Shown: positions 22,190-36,359 of the stretch, piece after piece | Layout of the letters: every line of letters starts with the position of its first letter | How positions within the stretch are numbered: the first letter of the stretch is position 1 | Source of the DNA: Mobula hypostoma | Lineage: Eukaryota | NCBI RefSeq assembly: GCF_963921235.1 | Contig: NC_086111.1 | Location: forward strand, 30,690,001-30,754,000 | Direction: 5' to 3' | Length of the DNA stretch: 64,000 nucleotides | The notes under the pieces: generated by a model | Told to the model about the DNA's origin: nothing | Seen by the model: the letters and a program-made list of their open reading frames with translations, nothing else | The model's database searches: none | Translations under genes and position numbers: made by a program

Positions 22190-24028
22190 TATCACCAACT
22201 TCAAGACCTATATGGATGAGTGTGTGCCTTCAAGAACATACCAGTCATACCCAAACCAAAAGTCAATGAAGAACCAAAGATTTGCAGTCTGCTGAGGGCT
22301 AGATCGGAGGTATCCAAAACAGGTGATCCAAAACTAAAAAAAAGTCCAGGTGTGACCCATGGAAGGATATCTTAAGAGTGAAAAGACAATTCCGATTGAA
22401 GTTAGAGACAGCATTGAATGTAAACCATCTCTGGCAGGGTTTGTAGGCCATTACCATTACTTCTTACAAAGTGAAACCAAGCATCAGGACATCTGGAATC
22501 GCTGTGATGCTTCACTCCCAGGTGAGCTCTACGCCTTTCAAAGGGAGAATAAACTACACCTGTGTGAATCCCTGCAGCATCACAACATCTTTAAAGAGGG
22601 TGAACCCCCGCAAGGTGTCATGCCCTGATGGTGTACGTGGTAGGACACAGCAAATCTGTGCCAACCAACTGCGGCAGTGTTCAAGGTCATCTTCAACCTC
22701 TCACTGCTGCGATCTGAGGTTCCCAACTGCTTTAAAAAGGCGACAATCATACCAGTGCCCACGAAGGGTACAATGAGTTGCCTGAACAATTATCACTCAC
22801 AGCTATTGTGATGAAGTGCTTTGAGAGGTTGGTCATGGCCAAAACCAGCTCCTGCCTGAGCAAGGACCAGGACCCACTGCAATTTTCCTTTTGCCACAAC
22901 AGGTCTACAAATGATTCAATCTCACTGCTCTCCACAAGGCCCTGAACCACCTGGACAATAGTAATACTTACGTCAGGCTTCCGTTTATTGATTACAACTC
23001 AGTGTTCAACAACATCATACTCTCAGTACTAATCAAGAAGCCCCAGAACCTGGGCCTCTTTCTACAACTAGATTCTTGACTTTCTCATCGGGAGACCACA
23101 GTCAGTGCAGAACAGAAATAAGAACTCCTCCTCGCTGGCAATCAACATCAGTGCACCTCAAGGATGCATGCTTAACCCAATGCTCTACACTCTCTGCATC
23201 CATGATGGTGTGGCTAGGGACAGATCAAACACCATCTATAAATTTGCCAATGACACACCTATTGTTGGCAGAATTTGAACGGTGATGAGGAAGCATACAG
23301 GAGTGAGATAGACCAGCTGCTTGAGTGATGCTGTAGCAACAGCCTTGCACTCAATGTCAATAAGATCAAGGGATTGTTTGTGGACTTCAGGAAGGGGATG
23401 GCGAGGGAAGCACACACCAGTCCTCATTGAAAAATCAAACACGGAAAGGGTGAGCAAATTCAAGTTCCTGGGTGTCAACATCTCTGAAGAACCACCCTGG
23501 GCCAACAATATGGATGCAATTACAAAGAGGCTATATTTCATTCCGAGTTTAAGGAGATTTGGTATGTCACCAAAGATGCTAGCAAGTTTCTACGGATGTA
23601 CCAGGAAGACATTTTAACTGGTTGCATCACTATCTGGCATGGAGGGCCCACTGCACAGGACTGTAAAAAGCTACAGAAAGTTGCAAACCCAGCCATCTCC
23701 ATCATGGGTAGTAGCCTTTCCAGCATCAAGGGCATCTTCAAAAGGCGATGCCTCAAAAATGGTGGCATCCATCATTAAGGACTCCCATCACACAGAACAT
23801 GCCCTCTTCTCATTGCTACCATCAAGGAGGAAGTCGAGGAGTGTGCAAATACTCAGGTTTTTGGAACAGCTTCTTCTCTCCACCATTAGATTTCAGAATG
23901 GACAATGAATTACTCTACGTTATTGTAATTTATAGTGCTTTTTATTATGTATTGCTCTGTCCAGCTGCCACAAAACAACAAATTTCACAACTTAGGTATG
24001 CTGGTGATATTAAATCTGATTCTGATTC
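22190..24028 (+). mobile_element. Rex1/Babar LINE, degenerate and 5'-truncated
   Basis: RT motifs VPNCFKKATIIPVP, APQGCMLNPMLYTL and FKFLGVNISEE; tail GATATTAAATCTGATTCTGATTC. Confidence 0.88.
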
Positions 24029-24786
24029 CTCTTGTCTTTGATGTTCTTATACATTGATATAAAAGATTCTCATATCTCGTAAGAAGAGACTGCAGCTGCA
24101 CTGTCTTGACCCAAAACACCAGCCATCCCTTTGTAGCCATAAACTTGCTGAATTCATCCAGCAACTTGCTTTTTGCTTTCATGCATAATTCCTCACTGAA
24201 GCTGATGAAGATTTGTTCCATAATTATATCTAACAGTTATAGATGTTGAGAGCCTTCCTTTCCCTCCTCATCTTCTTTCTCTCTCTTCCAACAATTTCTC
24301 CCACTCTGCTTGCCCTCTAATCATTCTCCAAGTCATTCATTCCTAGAGAAATGCTGGCTAATGTCTTCTTGCCTAATTCATGAAGAAGCTTTGAAGTCAG
24401 CACAAAATGCAACATTCCCTTTAAAATAATAAAGCTTCAAAGTACTCTGCAAAGGATTTAAGAAAATTGCAAAAGCACAGCCAGAGCCAGTAGAATTCAA
24501 TAAGCAACTGACTTCCAGGTGGATAATAATTCCTCTGATAGATCTGTTGTGTACCCTTCCAGCTATTTAATGTGTGTTTATCTGTGAAGATATCAAAGAC
24601 TACTGGATGTCTGACCTCCAAAATGGCAGTGATAATGTAGGCACCATTACCTACCCAGTTTATATTTCTGATGGACATTGGCTGTGAAAGCATATGTACC
24701 CTCACCAATGTTGCAAACGGTGTGATTCACATACTATTTTGAAGTCTTCATGTCATCAGTAGCACACAGAATATGAGCATGACTAA

Positions 24787-25281
24787 AGGCTGATTTATAC
24801 TTGTGCGTCAACTCGACGCAGTAGGTACGGCATTGCTGTGAACCCTACGCAGAGCCTACGCAGATCCCTACGCCGTAGCCCTGACACGCACCTCTCCCAA
24901 AATGTAACTAGATGTCGCGGCAACGCAGACCGCAACAACTGTGATTGGTCCGCCTGGTAGCATCGCATTTCCTCCTACGCTGCAATAGCTTCCCATTAGG
25001 CAACTAAGGGGCAGGAAAGGAACTCTGGCTGCAATGCTTTCAATAAAGCTTTACAGACCTCCGAAATTATGGAGGACACATTTCGCTTTTACGAAAATAT
25101 ACGCTCGCTTTAAACTTGTTTACCCCGAGAAAGACTACCATGACCATAAAGCCTTGCGCGGGCAGGTGTGTGCGCATACGCGACGCAGACACTCCAACAC
25201 ACAAGTATAAATGCTCACAACGTGCGTAGGCCGCTTGTGTAGGTTACGGCGTCAATTTGACGCACAAGTATAAATCAGCCT
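24787..25281. mobile_element. Non-autonomous PIF/Harbinger element, copy 2
   Basis: Perfect 25-bp TIR AGGCTGATTTATACTTGTGCGTCAA; TSD TAA on both sides. Confidence 0.92.
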
Positions 25282-27305
25282 TAAGGCATGTAGTGTGTTG
25301 TTATGTGTCTCGATGTCCACTTGATGTATGTAGTCATGATTTTTTAAAACATAAGTTATACTTTTGAAGCATTTTTCCTTCTCTGTCACATGATAAACAA
25401 ATTTCGTTATTTTCAATTATTTATTTGCAATCCCTAAAAACATATTATAATTAAAGCCTTGTTCTCTTAATTATCTTTTAATTCATGACAATTAAAAAAA
25501 ACATTCTGACAGTAACAAATGTATCTGTGTCACATGCAATAATTATTGTATATTGGGGTGCATATGGTAAATGTTACAGCCATGATACATGCAATAAATA
25601 TTGTACATTGTGGCACATGCTGGATACTTTGTATATTGTGGTGCATGCAATGAATATATTGTACGATAAGACACACAATAAATATTGAATTTTATGCCAC
25701 ATACAATAAATTAGAGTTTACAGAGTTATTGGATCCTTGGTCTAAACTGAATATATTAATGATAGCCCTCGTGAAATAAGCAAAAATGACTAAAGTTAGT
25801 ATATTTAATTCAAGAAAGCAAATAAGTTACGGTAATATTACAAAAAGTCATGATAGTTTAAAGTTGTGGATTGCATAAATTGGGAAACTGTGTACACAAT
25901 AATGACAAAAATAGCACATTAGAAGGAATTCTTAAAGCACTGAACTGGAGGCTCACCAGACATTGAACCACAGAAGGTGATAGAAGGATCAAAGACCAAA
26001 ATCCTTTTCAAAGAGATGTGGTTTAACATGTGTTCTGAAAAATAAGATAAGTTTAAGGAGTACCAAAGGTTCAGGAGTTGAAACTGAAAGCAAGGAACCA
26101 ACGGTGGTGTACTTAAATTCTCCAGAAGTGGAGATATTTCAGAATTATTGAGAAGGAGGAGGTTTCACAGATGGGATGAGATCATTGAGGGATTTTAAAG
26201 GAAGAAAAATTTAAAACTGAGGTATTGCTTAATCTGGAACCAATAAAGTTGGTGATGTGTGAACAATTAATAGTGTGAATTAGAACATGGGCAACTTTGA
26301 TGATAGAAAACTTGAGTTTTAAAACCTTGAATATTACATGAGGTAAGAGAAGTGGGAGAGGTAAACAGATGCAAAGTCAAGGGTGAAGAGGTGTTGTTAT
26401 AATGTTGCAAGCAGGAATAGGATGTTGATGGTAGCATACATAGAGCTGAAGATGAATAAGAAATATAAAAATCAATAATTAAAAATATGATTAATTATGT
26501 TAATTACATGTCTATCTAAAATCATGCAATTAGACTTCAAAATTGCATTTTATTGAATAAATTGGCAAATAAATTATTTGATGAATTTTGATCATATGCA
26601 AGAAAAGCTACAAAAAGCGCACAAAAACTAAAGAATTTAACTGTAATATAGGCATACATGTGAATAAATATATTATGTAAATGCAGATGGGCATTTTTAT
26701 TAGATACTTAGTATTGACAGATTTTCAGTGTACTGTGGACACAAAGAGTGTGAAATATGCTTTTGTCAACCTTACTGCTTCTTTATAGATGTCACTCTGG
26801 ATACAACATTTTTCCAGCTGTGGAACAACTGGATTCAATGTTCCTGGAGTAGCCATTTCATTTACACAATGCAATGCAGAATATGAAGTAATACTCTACA
26901 TTTGTCTTGTTAAGTGCAGTGTGAATAACATTCAAGAATCACAACTCCATCCAGGACAAATACATTGCTTTGATTGGAATTCCATCCACCGCACTAGATA
27001 CTCACACTTCTAATGCACCACGGTTGCAATATGTACCATCTACTACCAACCCTCAACGACCTTCAAAACATCTGCAATGAATCAAAAAGACAGCACACTA
27101 CCATTTCCTCAAAAGCAATAAATTAACTTTTTACCTGAATTTTATTTCTATGAGCCTGAATCTTGAAAAGTTAAGAAATCACAGTACTACCCCACATGTA
27201 TTCCCATCCAATATACTCAATTAAAGAGTTACAACCTTTCAAGTTCCAGGAATTCTAGTTTGTGCATTCTCTTCTTATAACTGAATTCTCCATTAAGGCT
27301 CAGAG

Positions 27306-27850
27306 GTGTCCTGTGCTCCGCCCGCCAGAAAAAGCGGGATTTCCCAGTGGCCACCCATTTTAATTCCACTTCCCATTCCCGTTCCAATATATCCATCCAT
27401 GACCTCCTCCACTGTCACGATGAGGCCACACTTAGTTTGGAGGAACAACACCTTATATTCCATTTGGGTAGCCGCCAACCTGATGGCATTAACATCGATT
27501 TCTCAAACTTCCAGTAACACCTCCCACCCCCCCCCTTCACCATTTCCCATCCCCCTCACCTTATCTCCTTGCCCAGCCATTCCCTCCCCCTGGTGCTCCT
27601 CCTCCCATTTTCTTTCTTCGCTGGCCTTCTGTCTCTTTCACCAATCAACTTCCCAGCTCTTTACTTCATCCCTCCCCCTCCAAGCTTCACCTTTCTCCTG
27701 GTGTTTCTCTCTCCCCTCCCCACACCTTTTAAATCTACTCCTCAGCATTTTTTCTCCAATCCTACTGACGGGTTTTGGCCTGAAATGTCAACTGTACTTT
27801 TTTTCTGTAGATGCTGCCTGGCCTGCTGAGATCCTCCAGCATTTTGTGTG
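27306..27850 (+). mobile_element. Penelope-like element 3' fragment
   Basis: DFPVATHFNSTSHS...LEEQHLIFHLGSRQPDGINIDFSNF (GIY-YIG C-terminus), then a terminal repeat with a degenerate hammerhead. Confidence 0.85.
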
Positions 27851-29249
27851 CTCTTATCAGATTATATCTCTCCAAATACTCATGAATCCTGACCCCTGCT
27901 CCATCAGAAAATCATGAAATCGCTAGTTCATTAAGGGGGTCCAAAAGTCTGTTGCTTAAGTCTTTCTTATAAGCTGCTGATTGCAGTGACGGTAGTTCAG
28001 AAGAAATATATTTAGAAGTTTTATACGCTGCCTGCAAAGTATCATTATCTTACTGTTATCCACAGGACCTTGCTGATGCAAGTTATTTGCCATGCTTCCT
28101 ACAGTGAATCCAGTTTTAGATTACTCCATTGACCATGAGGCATTTTAGGATATTCTGAAAATTTTTCCCCCTTTTCAGTTCATTAATCTAGTTAAAATCA
28201 GTTTGTAATTTTACTAAGATCCATTTATACTGCTGCAATATTGTCAGTCTTTGTGCCTTTGGCAATTTGGATATATGACTTTATAGTGCATTGTAAATGT
28301 GAAGGTCAGCTGCAGCCTCTGCTCAGATCCTTCTTGTCTTGCCTAGTGTACATTCTAACAATTGCACATACATTATCCCTGATCACTTTTGTTTCTTAGC
28401 TCATTAATTTATTTTCAATTCCATGAGCTTGAGCATTAGTTACAAGCACATTGCGAGGGTCTTTTAAAAGTCCACACAAGTACAATCCATTCCTATTTAT
28501 GGGAATTCCAAGCCTGGAAACTGGAATAAGGCTAGGACCAGAATTCCAGTCTGAAGCTGAGCATGTGACCTTCTGACTGATCTTACCTGATCCAAGTAAT
28601 CAAAAAGTAAGACTGCAGAATGGGAGCCAGTACCCCGAATAACTCAGCAATACAAACAGACATAGGTGGGAGATATAGCATCTTCTACACCTATACTTTT
28701 ATTACTACACTTACTGCAATAGGTAGTCCAAAAAAATCAGATAAATACTTTTCTTTTCCTGTTAGGATCCAAAACAGAATTATTTGAAGTCACTTAAAAT
28801 TCATTCATATTGGTGTAGGGTTGCAAAATGTTATTTTTATTGAAAATGATTGGTGAAGAAAAGAATTGAGAAATGTAGGAGGGAATGGTCTTTGCAACAT
28901 GGGATTAAAGCAGGTTATTGGAGGTGCACAAGAGACAGAGATTTCTGCTACATTTCTGGAACTGACTGGGATATACCAGAAATAATTTAAGTCTGAGGAA
29001 TACAAGTTCCTACAGTTACAGTTACAAATGGCAGAGGAAATGCACAAGCAGGCTGAGCTGGAAAAGACAAGCATTGAGGCTATTCTGTGCTGTTGGAACG
29101 ATGGAGAAAACAACTATATGGCAACAAGTGAAAAAGACAGGAAGCAAACTCACCATTGGAACTAACGAGCTGTTTGAATCGGATTTGAAGATTCACAAGG
29201 GAGTTGGGTGGGGAAGCCTCTCAAACAATAAAAGTAGTATCATCTCAGG

Positions 29250-29470
29250 TGCAACACACACAAAATGTTGGAGAAACTCAGTGAGTCAGACAGCATCAAT
29301 GGAGAGGAATAAAGGAGTCAACATTTTGGGCCAAGAGTCTTCATCAGAACTCAGTTCAAAATGTCAGCTGTGTATTCCTCTTCAATGATGCTTCCTGACT
29401 TGCTGAGTTCCTTTAGCACTTGTATATGCTGCTCTGCATTTCCAGCATGTGCACAATCTTTTGTGTTTAT
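29250..29470. mobile_element. Penelope-like inverted terminal-repeat pair
   Basis: Degenerate inverted PLE termini; ATCATCTCAGG on both flanks acts as a TSD. Confidence 0.7.
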
Positions 29471-29854
29471 CATCTCAGGCAGCATGTTGTGGCAATGGTG
29501 CTATTTGTCTGTGCTATTCTCTCTCTTTAAAGTTTACACCATGTAACGTACTGACCATGAACGTAAAGGAATTTTGGATTATATATTTTTATAATGAAAA
29601 ATTCCATTGTTGAAATCTTAAAAAGTACAGTATGTGTTGGTGGTGAATCTCTCTCAGAATACTAAATGACCCTGCTTGTACATTGAATTTTCACATATCC
29701 TTTGGTGAAATGAAGATGTATTTACTTACAGCCTACCACATCCTGGGACATTTTAAAGTGTTTCACAGCCCCATTCTTGTACTGTTTATATGACAACATA
29801 ACCAGATTATACATAGCAAAATCCCCAGAAATAGCAAAAGTAAACTCTCTGACT

Positions 29855-29965
29855 AAACATGCCAAATGCTGGAGGAACTCAGTGGGTCAGGCAGCATCTA
29901 TGGAAATGAATAAATACTCGATGTTTCTGGCAGAAATCCTTCATCAGAACTGGAAAGCAAGAAGG
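29855..29965 (-). mobile_element. Penelope-like terminal-repeat fragment
   Basis: AAATGCTGGAGGAACTCAGTGGGTCAGGCAGCATCTATGG. Confidence 0.7.
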
Positions 29966-30002
29966 AAGAAGCCAGTCTGGTTTCTTCCTCTTTTATACTT
30001 AT

Positions 30003-32563
30003 GGCTGTGAGGCTAAGCACAGCTCCAATGCCATATTTAAGGTTGTTGTCATTGGCTAAATCAAAGGTGGTGACAAATCAGCAGATAAGAAGGAGAGTGA
30101 AAATCTGGTTGAGTGGTGGCACAAAAACAATCTCTCATTCGATGTCAGCAAGACCAAGGATCTGATTATCGACTACAGGAGGAGGAAATCAGAGGTCCAA
30201 GAACCAGTCCTCACTGGGAGATCAGAGGGAGAGAGCATCAGAAACTTTAAATTCCTTGGTGTTATCATTTCAGAGGATCTGTCCTGGGTCCCACACTTAA
30301 GTGCCATTACAAAGAAAGCACAACAGCATCTCGACTTTGTAGAGGTACAACATGTCATCTAAAACTTTGACAAACTTCTACCGATGTGAGGTGGAGAGTA
30401 TATCAGTTGGTTGCATCACAGCCTGGTATGGAAACACCAATCCCTTTGAACAGAAGAGTCTTATTTATTATTTTTTTTCTCAGCTCATGCTGATAAAACC
30501 TGAGCTACAGGCATAGCCACGCACACTCATTTCACAAGTGCTAGGAACTTCCAGACTATTCTAGTGGTATTTAGTATTGTAGCTTAATATTGCTTTGTAG
30601 CCCTAATTGTTTAACGCTATTGTGTGGAGCCTTTGGGATGATACCATTTGTAGATAATAATATCAAGACAATGCACACCCTGTTCATATTCCATTGTCCT
30701 TCAATTTCCTCTTTTAATTCAGCATATATCTGATGTTTTCACTTATTGATTTCTGTAAGTTATGTGTGTATGGCTATATCTATTAAGAAAGTTGTTCTTG
30801 CTTGTTTATCCTGTATTAGTACATCTGGATGGTTATTACGGATTGTCCTATCTGTAATAATGGATCAGGCTTAACACAATTTGTGGGACTCTGACTCTAA
30901 AACTGGATCAGGCTTGTATTTATAGTAGGGTATGATTTCTTTTATGAGTTTGTATTTTAAAGTAAGATTTTGGTGAATGATGTTTTTCAGTTGATTGTGC
31001 CTGTGTAAGCAATCAGATTGATTTAAACTGCTGCAGGATCCTGTAATGTGTTGGTTTCTCTTGGCAATTTCTACATTTATTAACTTAAATTTGTTGGTCT
31101 ATTATAATATATTTTTGATAATATTTTTGTGTTAACCACCTGGTCTTGTATTGCCAAAAGGAACCCTTCTGTTTCTGGGAAGAGGTCTCCAACTCTGAGC
31201 CAGATGTTTGTCGCTTTCTTGTCGACATTTAGTCTGGTCATATCATGGGAATGACTTCCATGGATGGTCATGTTCTTCCATTAATTAACAACTTCTTCAG
31301 TAGTGATAACTTCTTCATTTTTCTGAATTGTCCTCTCCTTTAAGTTTAGTGGTGTGTACTTGTTATGAGAATTGCTTATGCTCATGTAGAGTGCTGAATC
31401 CTGTTTTTATTGATGAAAATATATCCTTAGAAGTTTGATTTGACAATTGTGTAATTTTTTAATGTCTGTCATTCCTCTTCCTCCTTCTGTTCTAAGTAAT
31501 GTTAATCTAAGTACATTCAAGTGTACGAAGTGCTTTCTGAAATTCATCATTTCATTTCATATTTTTTTTTGTAAATTTTCCAGATCAGCTTTGGACCAAG
31601 ATATTATGCCAAATGAGTATATTAACATGGGTACAGCAGAAGTGTTTATTGCCTTTGTTGTATTTTTAATGTTGAGCTTTGTTTGGCAGATTTCCTTAAG
31701 CCTTGAAATAAATTGTCAAAAGTTTTCACTTCATCACACTATAATCCATTTTCTTTGCTTGTAATATCCCAGATACTTACATGTTTCATATTCATCTGTA
31801 TAGCTGTATTGTATCCCGATGCTCTGCTTTGTATTCTATTGGCTCTGTTGCACCTTTTTTTATGTTTAATGTTTTGCACTTACCTAGTCCAAGGTTCATG
31901 TTTATATCTTTTGAAAATAGTTCTACTATTTGAATCAATTGCTGATGAAGAAGTGTATAATTTCAATTCATCCATGTATAGAAAGTGGGTCAAAGTATAA
32001 GCCACTTCATTGTTTCTGATTTGATATCTAATTTTTGTTCAACTCAGTAAATTAGAGAGCTGGTTTCAAGCAAGACAGAACCATAGTGGGCTTAGAGATT
32101 TGCCCTGGAAAAAGCCTCGGTTTATTTTGATATTGGTGGTTGTTCTTGTTTGGTTGTCAATAGACAGGGTGATTCGAGTATGCCAATACTTCATCAGATG
32201 TTGAAAGAATTTCAGTAGTACTGCATGTTGTTTAAGGACTTCTATTAACCATGACTGTGGGACAGAATCAAATGCTTTTTGGTATTCAATATAGCAACAT
32301 GAAATATTTCTGCTTTTCTGCCAGGCTTGATTTGGAATGATCTATTATTGGATGTTCTTAGCATCCTCTCATTCCCTTATTATTATTATTCACTTTCTGT
32401 ATCTGCACAGTTTGTTGTCTTTTGCACACTGCTGTACGTCTATTTTGTTGGATGCAGTCTTTCGTTGATTCTATTGTATTTATTGTGAATACCTGCAAGA
32501 AAATGAATCTCAGGGTTGTACCTGGTGACATATGTACTTTGATAATGCATTTACTTTGAACTT
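30003..32563 (+). mobile_element. Rex1/Babar LINE fragment split by the R4/Dong insertion
   Basis: RT 3' motifs at 30003-30460 (FKFLGVIISEDLSW); the 3' UTR resumes at 32377-32563. Confidence 0.75.
30461..32376 (-). mobile_element. R4/Dong-clade non-LTR retrotransposon (RT plus restriction-like endonuclease), 5'-truncated and degenerate
   Basis: Minus strand: YQKAFDSVPQSWL, FQGKSLSPLWFCLA, HFLYMDELKLY, WLRVGDLFPETEGFLLAIQDQVVNTK, CRNC...HITGSC, NHPDVLIQDKQARTTFLIDIAI; TAA repeats at both junctions. Confidence 0.85.
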
Positions 32564-32649
32564 CAGTGCATCTCTCATGGATGTGTTTGGATTTTGAATT
32601 TTTTCATGTTTGAACTTATGATGTCTTAAATACTATCTGAATTAAACTG

Positions 32650-34405
32650 ATAGAACATAGAATATCAAAGATAGAAAACCTACAGCACAATACAGGCCCT
32701 TCGGCCCACAGTGCTGTGCCGAACATGTACTTACTTTAGAAATTACCTAAGGTTACCCATAGTCCTCTATTTTTCTGAGCTCCATGTACCTATCCAGGAG
32801 TCTCTTAAAAGACCCTATCGTATCCACCTCCACCACCATCTCCGGCAGCCTATTCCATGCACTTATCACTCTCTGTGCAAAATGCTTACTCCTGACATCG
32901 CCTCTGTACCTACTTCCAAGCGCCTTAAAACTGTGCCCTCTCATGTTAGCCATTTCAGCCCTGGGAAAAAGCCTGACTATCCACGTGATCAATGCCTCTC
33001 GTTATCTTAAACAACTCGTCGACTGTACCTCTTCCTAGAGATGCTGCCTGGCCTGCTGCGTTCACCAGCAACTTTGATGTGTGTTGCTTGAATTTCCAGC
33101 ACCTGCAGAATTCCTCGTGTTATACACTTCTATCAGGTCACCTCTCATCCTCTGCCGCTTCAAGGAGAAAAGGCCGAGTTCACTCAACCTATTCTCATAA
33201 GGTATGCTCCCCAATCCAGGAAACATCCTTGTAAATCTCCTCTGCACACTTTCTATAGTTTCCACATCCTTTCTGTAGTGAGGTGACCAGAACTGAGCAC
33301 AGTACTCCAAGTGAGGTCTGACCATTATCAAATATACCTGTAACATTAGCTCTTGGCCCTTGAACTCAATCCCATGGCTGATGAAGGCCAATGCACCGTA
33401 TGCCTTCTTAACCAGAGTCAACCCGCACAGCAGCTTTGAGTGTCCTATGGACTTAGACCCCAAGATCCCTCTGATCCTCCACACTACCAAGAGTCTTCCC
33501 ATTAATGCTATATTCTGCCATCATATTTGACCTATGAAAATGAACCACCTCAAACTTATCTGGATTGACCTCCATCTGCCGCTTCTCAGCCCTGTTTTGT
33601 ATCTTATTGATGTTCGCTGTAACCTCTGACAGCTCTCCACACTGTCCACAACACCCCCAACCTTTGTGACATCAGTAAATTTACTAACCCATCCCTTCAC
33701 TTCCTCATCCAGGTCATTTATAAAAATCACGAAGAGAAGAGGTCCCAAAACAGATCCCTGAGGCACACCACTGGTCACCAACCTCCATGCAGATTATGAC
33801 CTGTCTACAACCATTCTTTGCCTTCTGTGGGCAAGCCAGTTCTGGATCCACAAAGCAACGTCTCCTTGGATCCCATGCCTCCTTACTTTCTCAATAAAAC
33901 TTGTATGGGGTACCTTGTCAAATGCCTTACTGAAATCCATATACACTACATCTACTGCTCTTCCTTCATCAACGTGTTTAGTCATATCCTCAAAAAAATT
34001 CAATCATGCTTGTAAGGCACGACCTGCCTTTGACAAAGCCATGTTGACTATTCCTAATCATATTATGCCTCTCCAAATGTTCATAAATCCTGCCTCTCAA
34101 GATCTTTTCCATCAACTTACCAAACACTGAAGTAAGACTCCTTGGTCTATAATTTCCTGGGTTATCTCTACTCCCTTTCTTGAATAAGGGAATGACATCT
34201 GCAACCCCGCAATCCTCCGGAATCTCTTCCGTCCCCATTGATGATGCAAAGATCATTGCCAGAGGCTCAGCAATCCCCTCCCTCACCTCCCAGTAGTCTG
34301 GGATACATCTTGTCTGGTTGCAGAGACTTACCCAACTTGACGTTTTCCAAAAGTTCCAACATATCCTCTTTCTTAATGTTTATATGCTCAAGCTTTTCAA
34401 TCTGC
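32650..34405 (-). mobile_element. CR1 LINE, 5'-truncated
   Basis: ATAGA-type tail; ORFs with [27 protein letters not shown] and RPHLEYCAQFWSP. Confidence 0.93.
33018..33119 (+). mobile_element. Penelope-like terminal-repeat insertion inside CR1
   Basis: GTCGACTGTACC...GATGCTGCCTGGCCTGCTG...CCTCGTG; degenerate TSD TTAAACAACTC/TTATACACTTC. Confidence 0.8.
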
Positions 34406-35179
34406 TGTAAGTTAACACTACAGAATAGCTTGTGATGGAAAATCTGCAATGTTATTAAGTCGTTTTGTGGATGGGAAGTAATTTTATTCTGTTCAGTACT
34501 GACTTGTGCTTAAGATGGAAGTAGTTGGCACGAGCATTGAAGATAGACAATTGCACTGACATTGCTTAATGTGAAAAGCCAACTTGCACACTAAAAAAGA
34601 TGAATTTTTGATCTTGTTTCTGATATTAACTTTACCAAAACAAGAGTTATATTGCCAACCTATGGCACAGAATGGAATTGTTGCATTCACAGTAAGGTCA
34701 AAAGCAAATGCAGTGCTTGTGTCATAAGACACAGACTTATACTGTACTATCACCACCTTTTCTTCAAAGACTAGATCACTTCCCTGTTTGCAGAGAGCTT
34801 AAGTGCCAATACCTACTTTTTGAACTATGGCTCCTCCTTTCTACCAAGGAGGAGGTACTTCCATCTAACAAAGTAGATTAAACTCAGTTCATTTAGTTTT
34901 AGTAAAGTACTGTGCTTCAGCTTGTGGGTTGGAGAGCTTAGCTTGGCAAAACTGAAAGGCACCCTAGTCTTGGACAGTAAATATCCATCGCACCTCAAAA
35001 TGCCTGAGGGAAACTCACCTAAAGGATGTACAGTATTATTGTACATTTACTGGAGTAAATGCAGTATTAATCTGCGTCTGATTTCCATTATTCTTAGACT
35101 GAGGTAGATTGATGCTGAGAAAGCATCCAAGATGTAGCCCAATTACCCTCATGCCTTGGGCGTAGGCAAGAAATGGGAA

Positions 35180-35320
35180 CGACACCCCGCCCCGCCCCAC
35201 CAATCTGGTATTGTGTTAAATGAAGAGGTCTCTTCTCTGATCAAAATTGAACCAATTCTGAGCGTCGCCATCGCCAAATCAGTGGCAAGGGAGTTGAGCC
35301 GGAGCACTGGGTAATGACGT
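35180..35320. promoter_or_regulatory. GC-box/CCAAT cluster, candidate cis-element
   Basis: CCCCGCCCCGCCCC next to CCAAT; TGACGT nearby; local CpG retention. Confidence 0.35.
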
Positions 35321-36117
35321 TTTGTCCTGGGCATCGGTCAACTCTGTAGCATCTAGCACCTGCTTCCAAGGAAATACAATTTGACAACAATGTTAGTACA
35401 GGTTAAAAATGAATGACATTTAGCTTGTTACACTGGCCTTCATCAGAGTTAGTTCGTTAATTGTCTGAGTACCGTTCAATAGCTTGAAGAGTCTGGTAAA
35501 ACTTATCCTGTTAAATGATTGGGTGGCTTTGCATTTGATTTTGCTCCTCCTCCCATCCTCTATTCTTCCCCACACTGTCTTTCTTGAATCTCAGCCCCTG
35601 CTACTGCACCCCAATCAAACCACAGACAGAAATTTGCTCTGGTTCCACGACCCTGCAAGTGCTGATTTCTGTTTGCCCCGTTCAGCTGAGAATACAGAAG
35701 GAGGGAAATCGTTGGGGAATGGAGAATAAAATGCCCGCTGTTGATGTACGGGGGCTGGTTAACGCTCTTTAACAAATGGGTGGCGGGAGAAGTGCTTCGG
35801 GGTTCTTTCTACTCACCTTTGTTGAGAGCAGACTGGACATTGTGGTGCTGGGTCCTGCGTGACAACCCGCAAACACTTGAAGGGTTTATTGTTCAAAGAG
35901 CCCACACTGGCGCTTTGTACACAAAATGTATTAAAGACAACATTACAAATGTATTTAGACCTGAGAACACTGTGAGGGTATAGACTGGATGACACTACGA
36001 ATGTAATGAAAAACCGTGTACTATTTTGTATTTATTGTAGACTTTTTTTATGAATAAAGATTTTTTTTTGTAAATTGAAAGAAAACTGCCTTTTGTTCCC
36101 TGAAACTCACCATCCTG

Positions 36118-36131
36118 GTTGCCATGGCAAT
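36118..36131. promoter_or_regulatory. RFX X-box motif
   Basis: GTTGCCATGGCAAT, 13/14 match to the palindromic consensus GTTGCCATGGCAAC. Confidence 0.5.
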
Positions 36132-36359
36132 GAGCAAGTATGGCCGGCTTGCTGTATTACCATATCAATCCTGTCCAATGAAAACAGTTTAAAAAATAAG
36201 AGCTGGCATTTCAGTCCTGCTCCTGTCAAGAGAAAGAAAAGAAGCAACTCCTTGTTTGCTCTATTAACTGTCCCATTCAGACAGTGCTGATTGCAGTTTT
36301 TCTCTTCTCTGTTTAAAATACTCTAAATCCAGCAGAAAGGGGTCATAGCCCAGGTAAAG

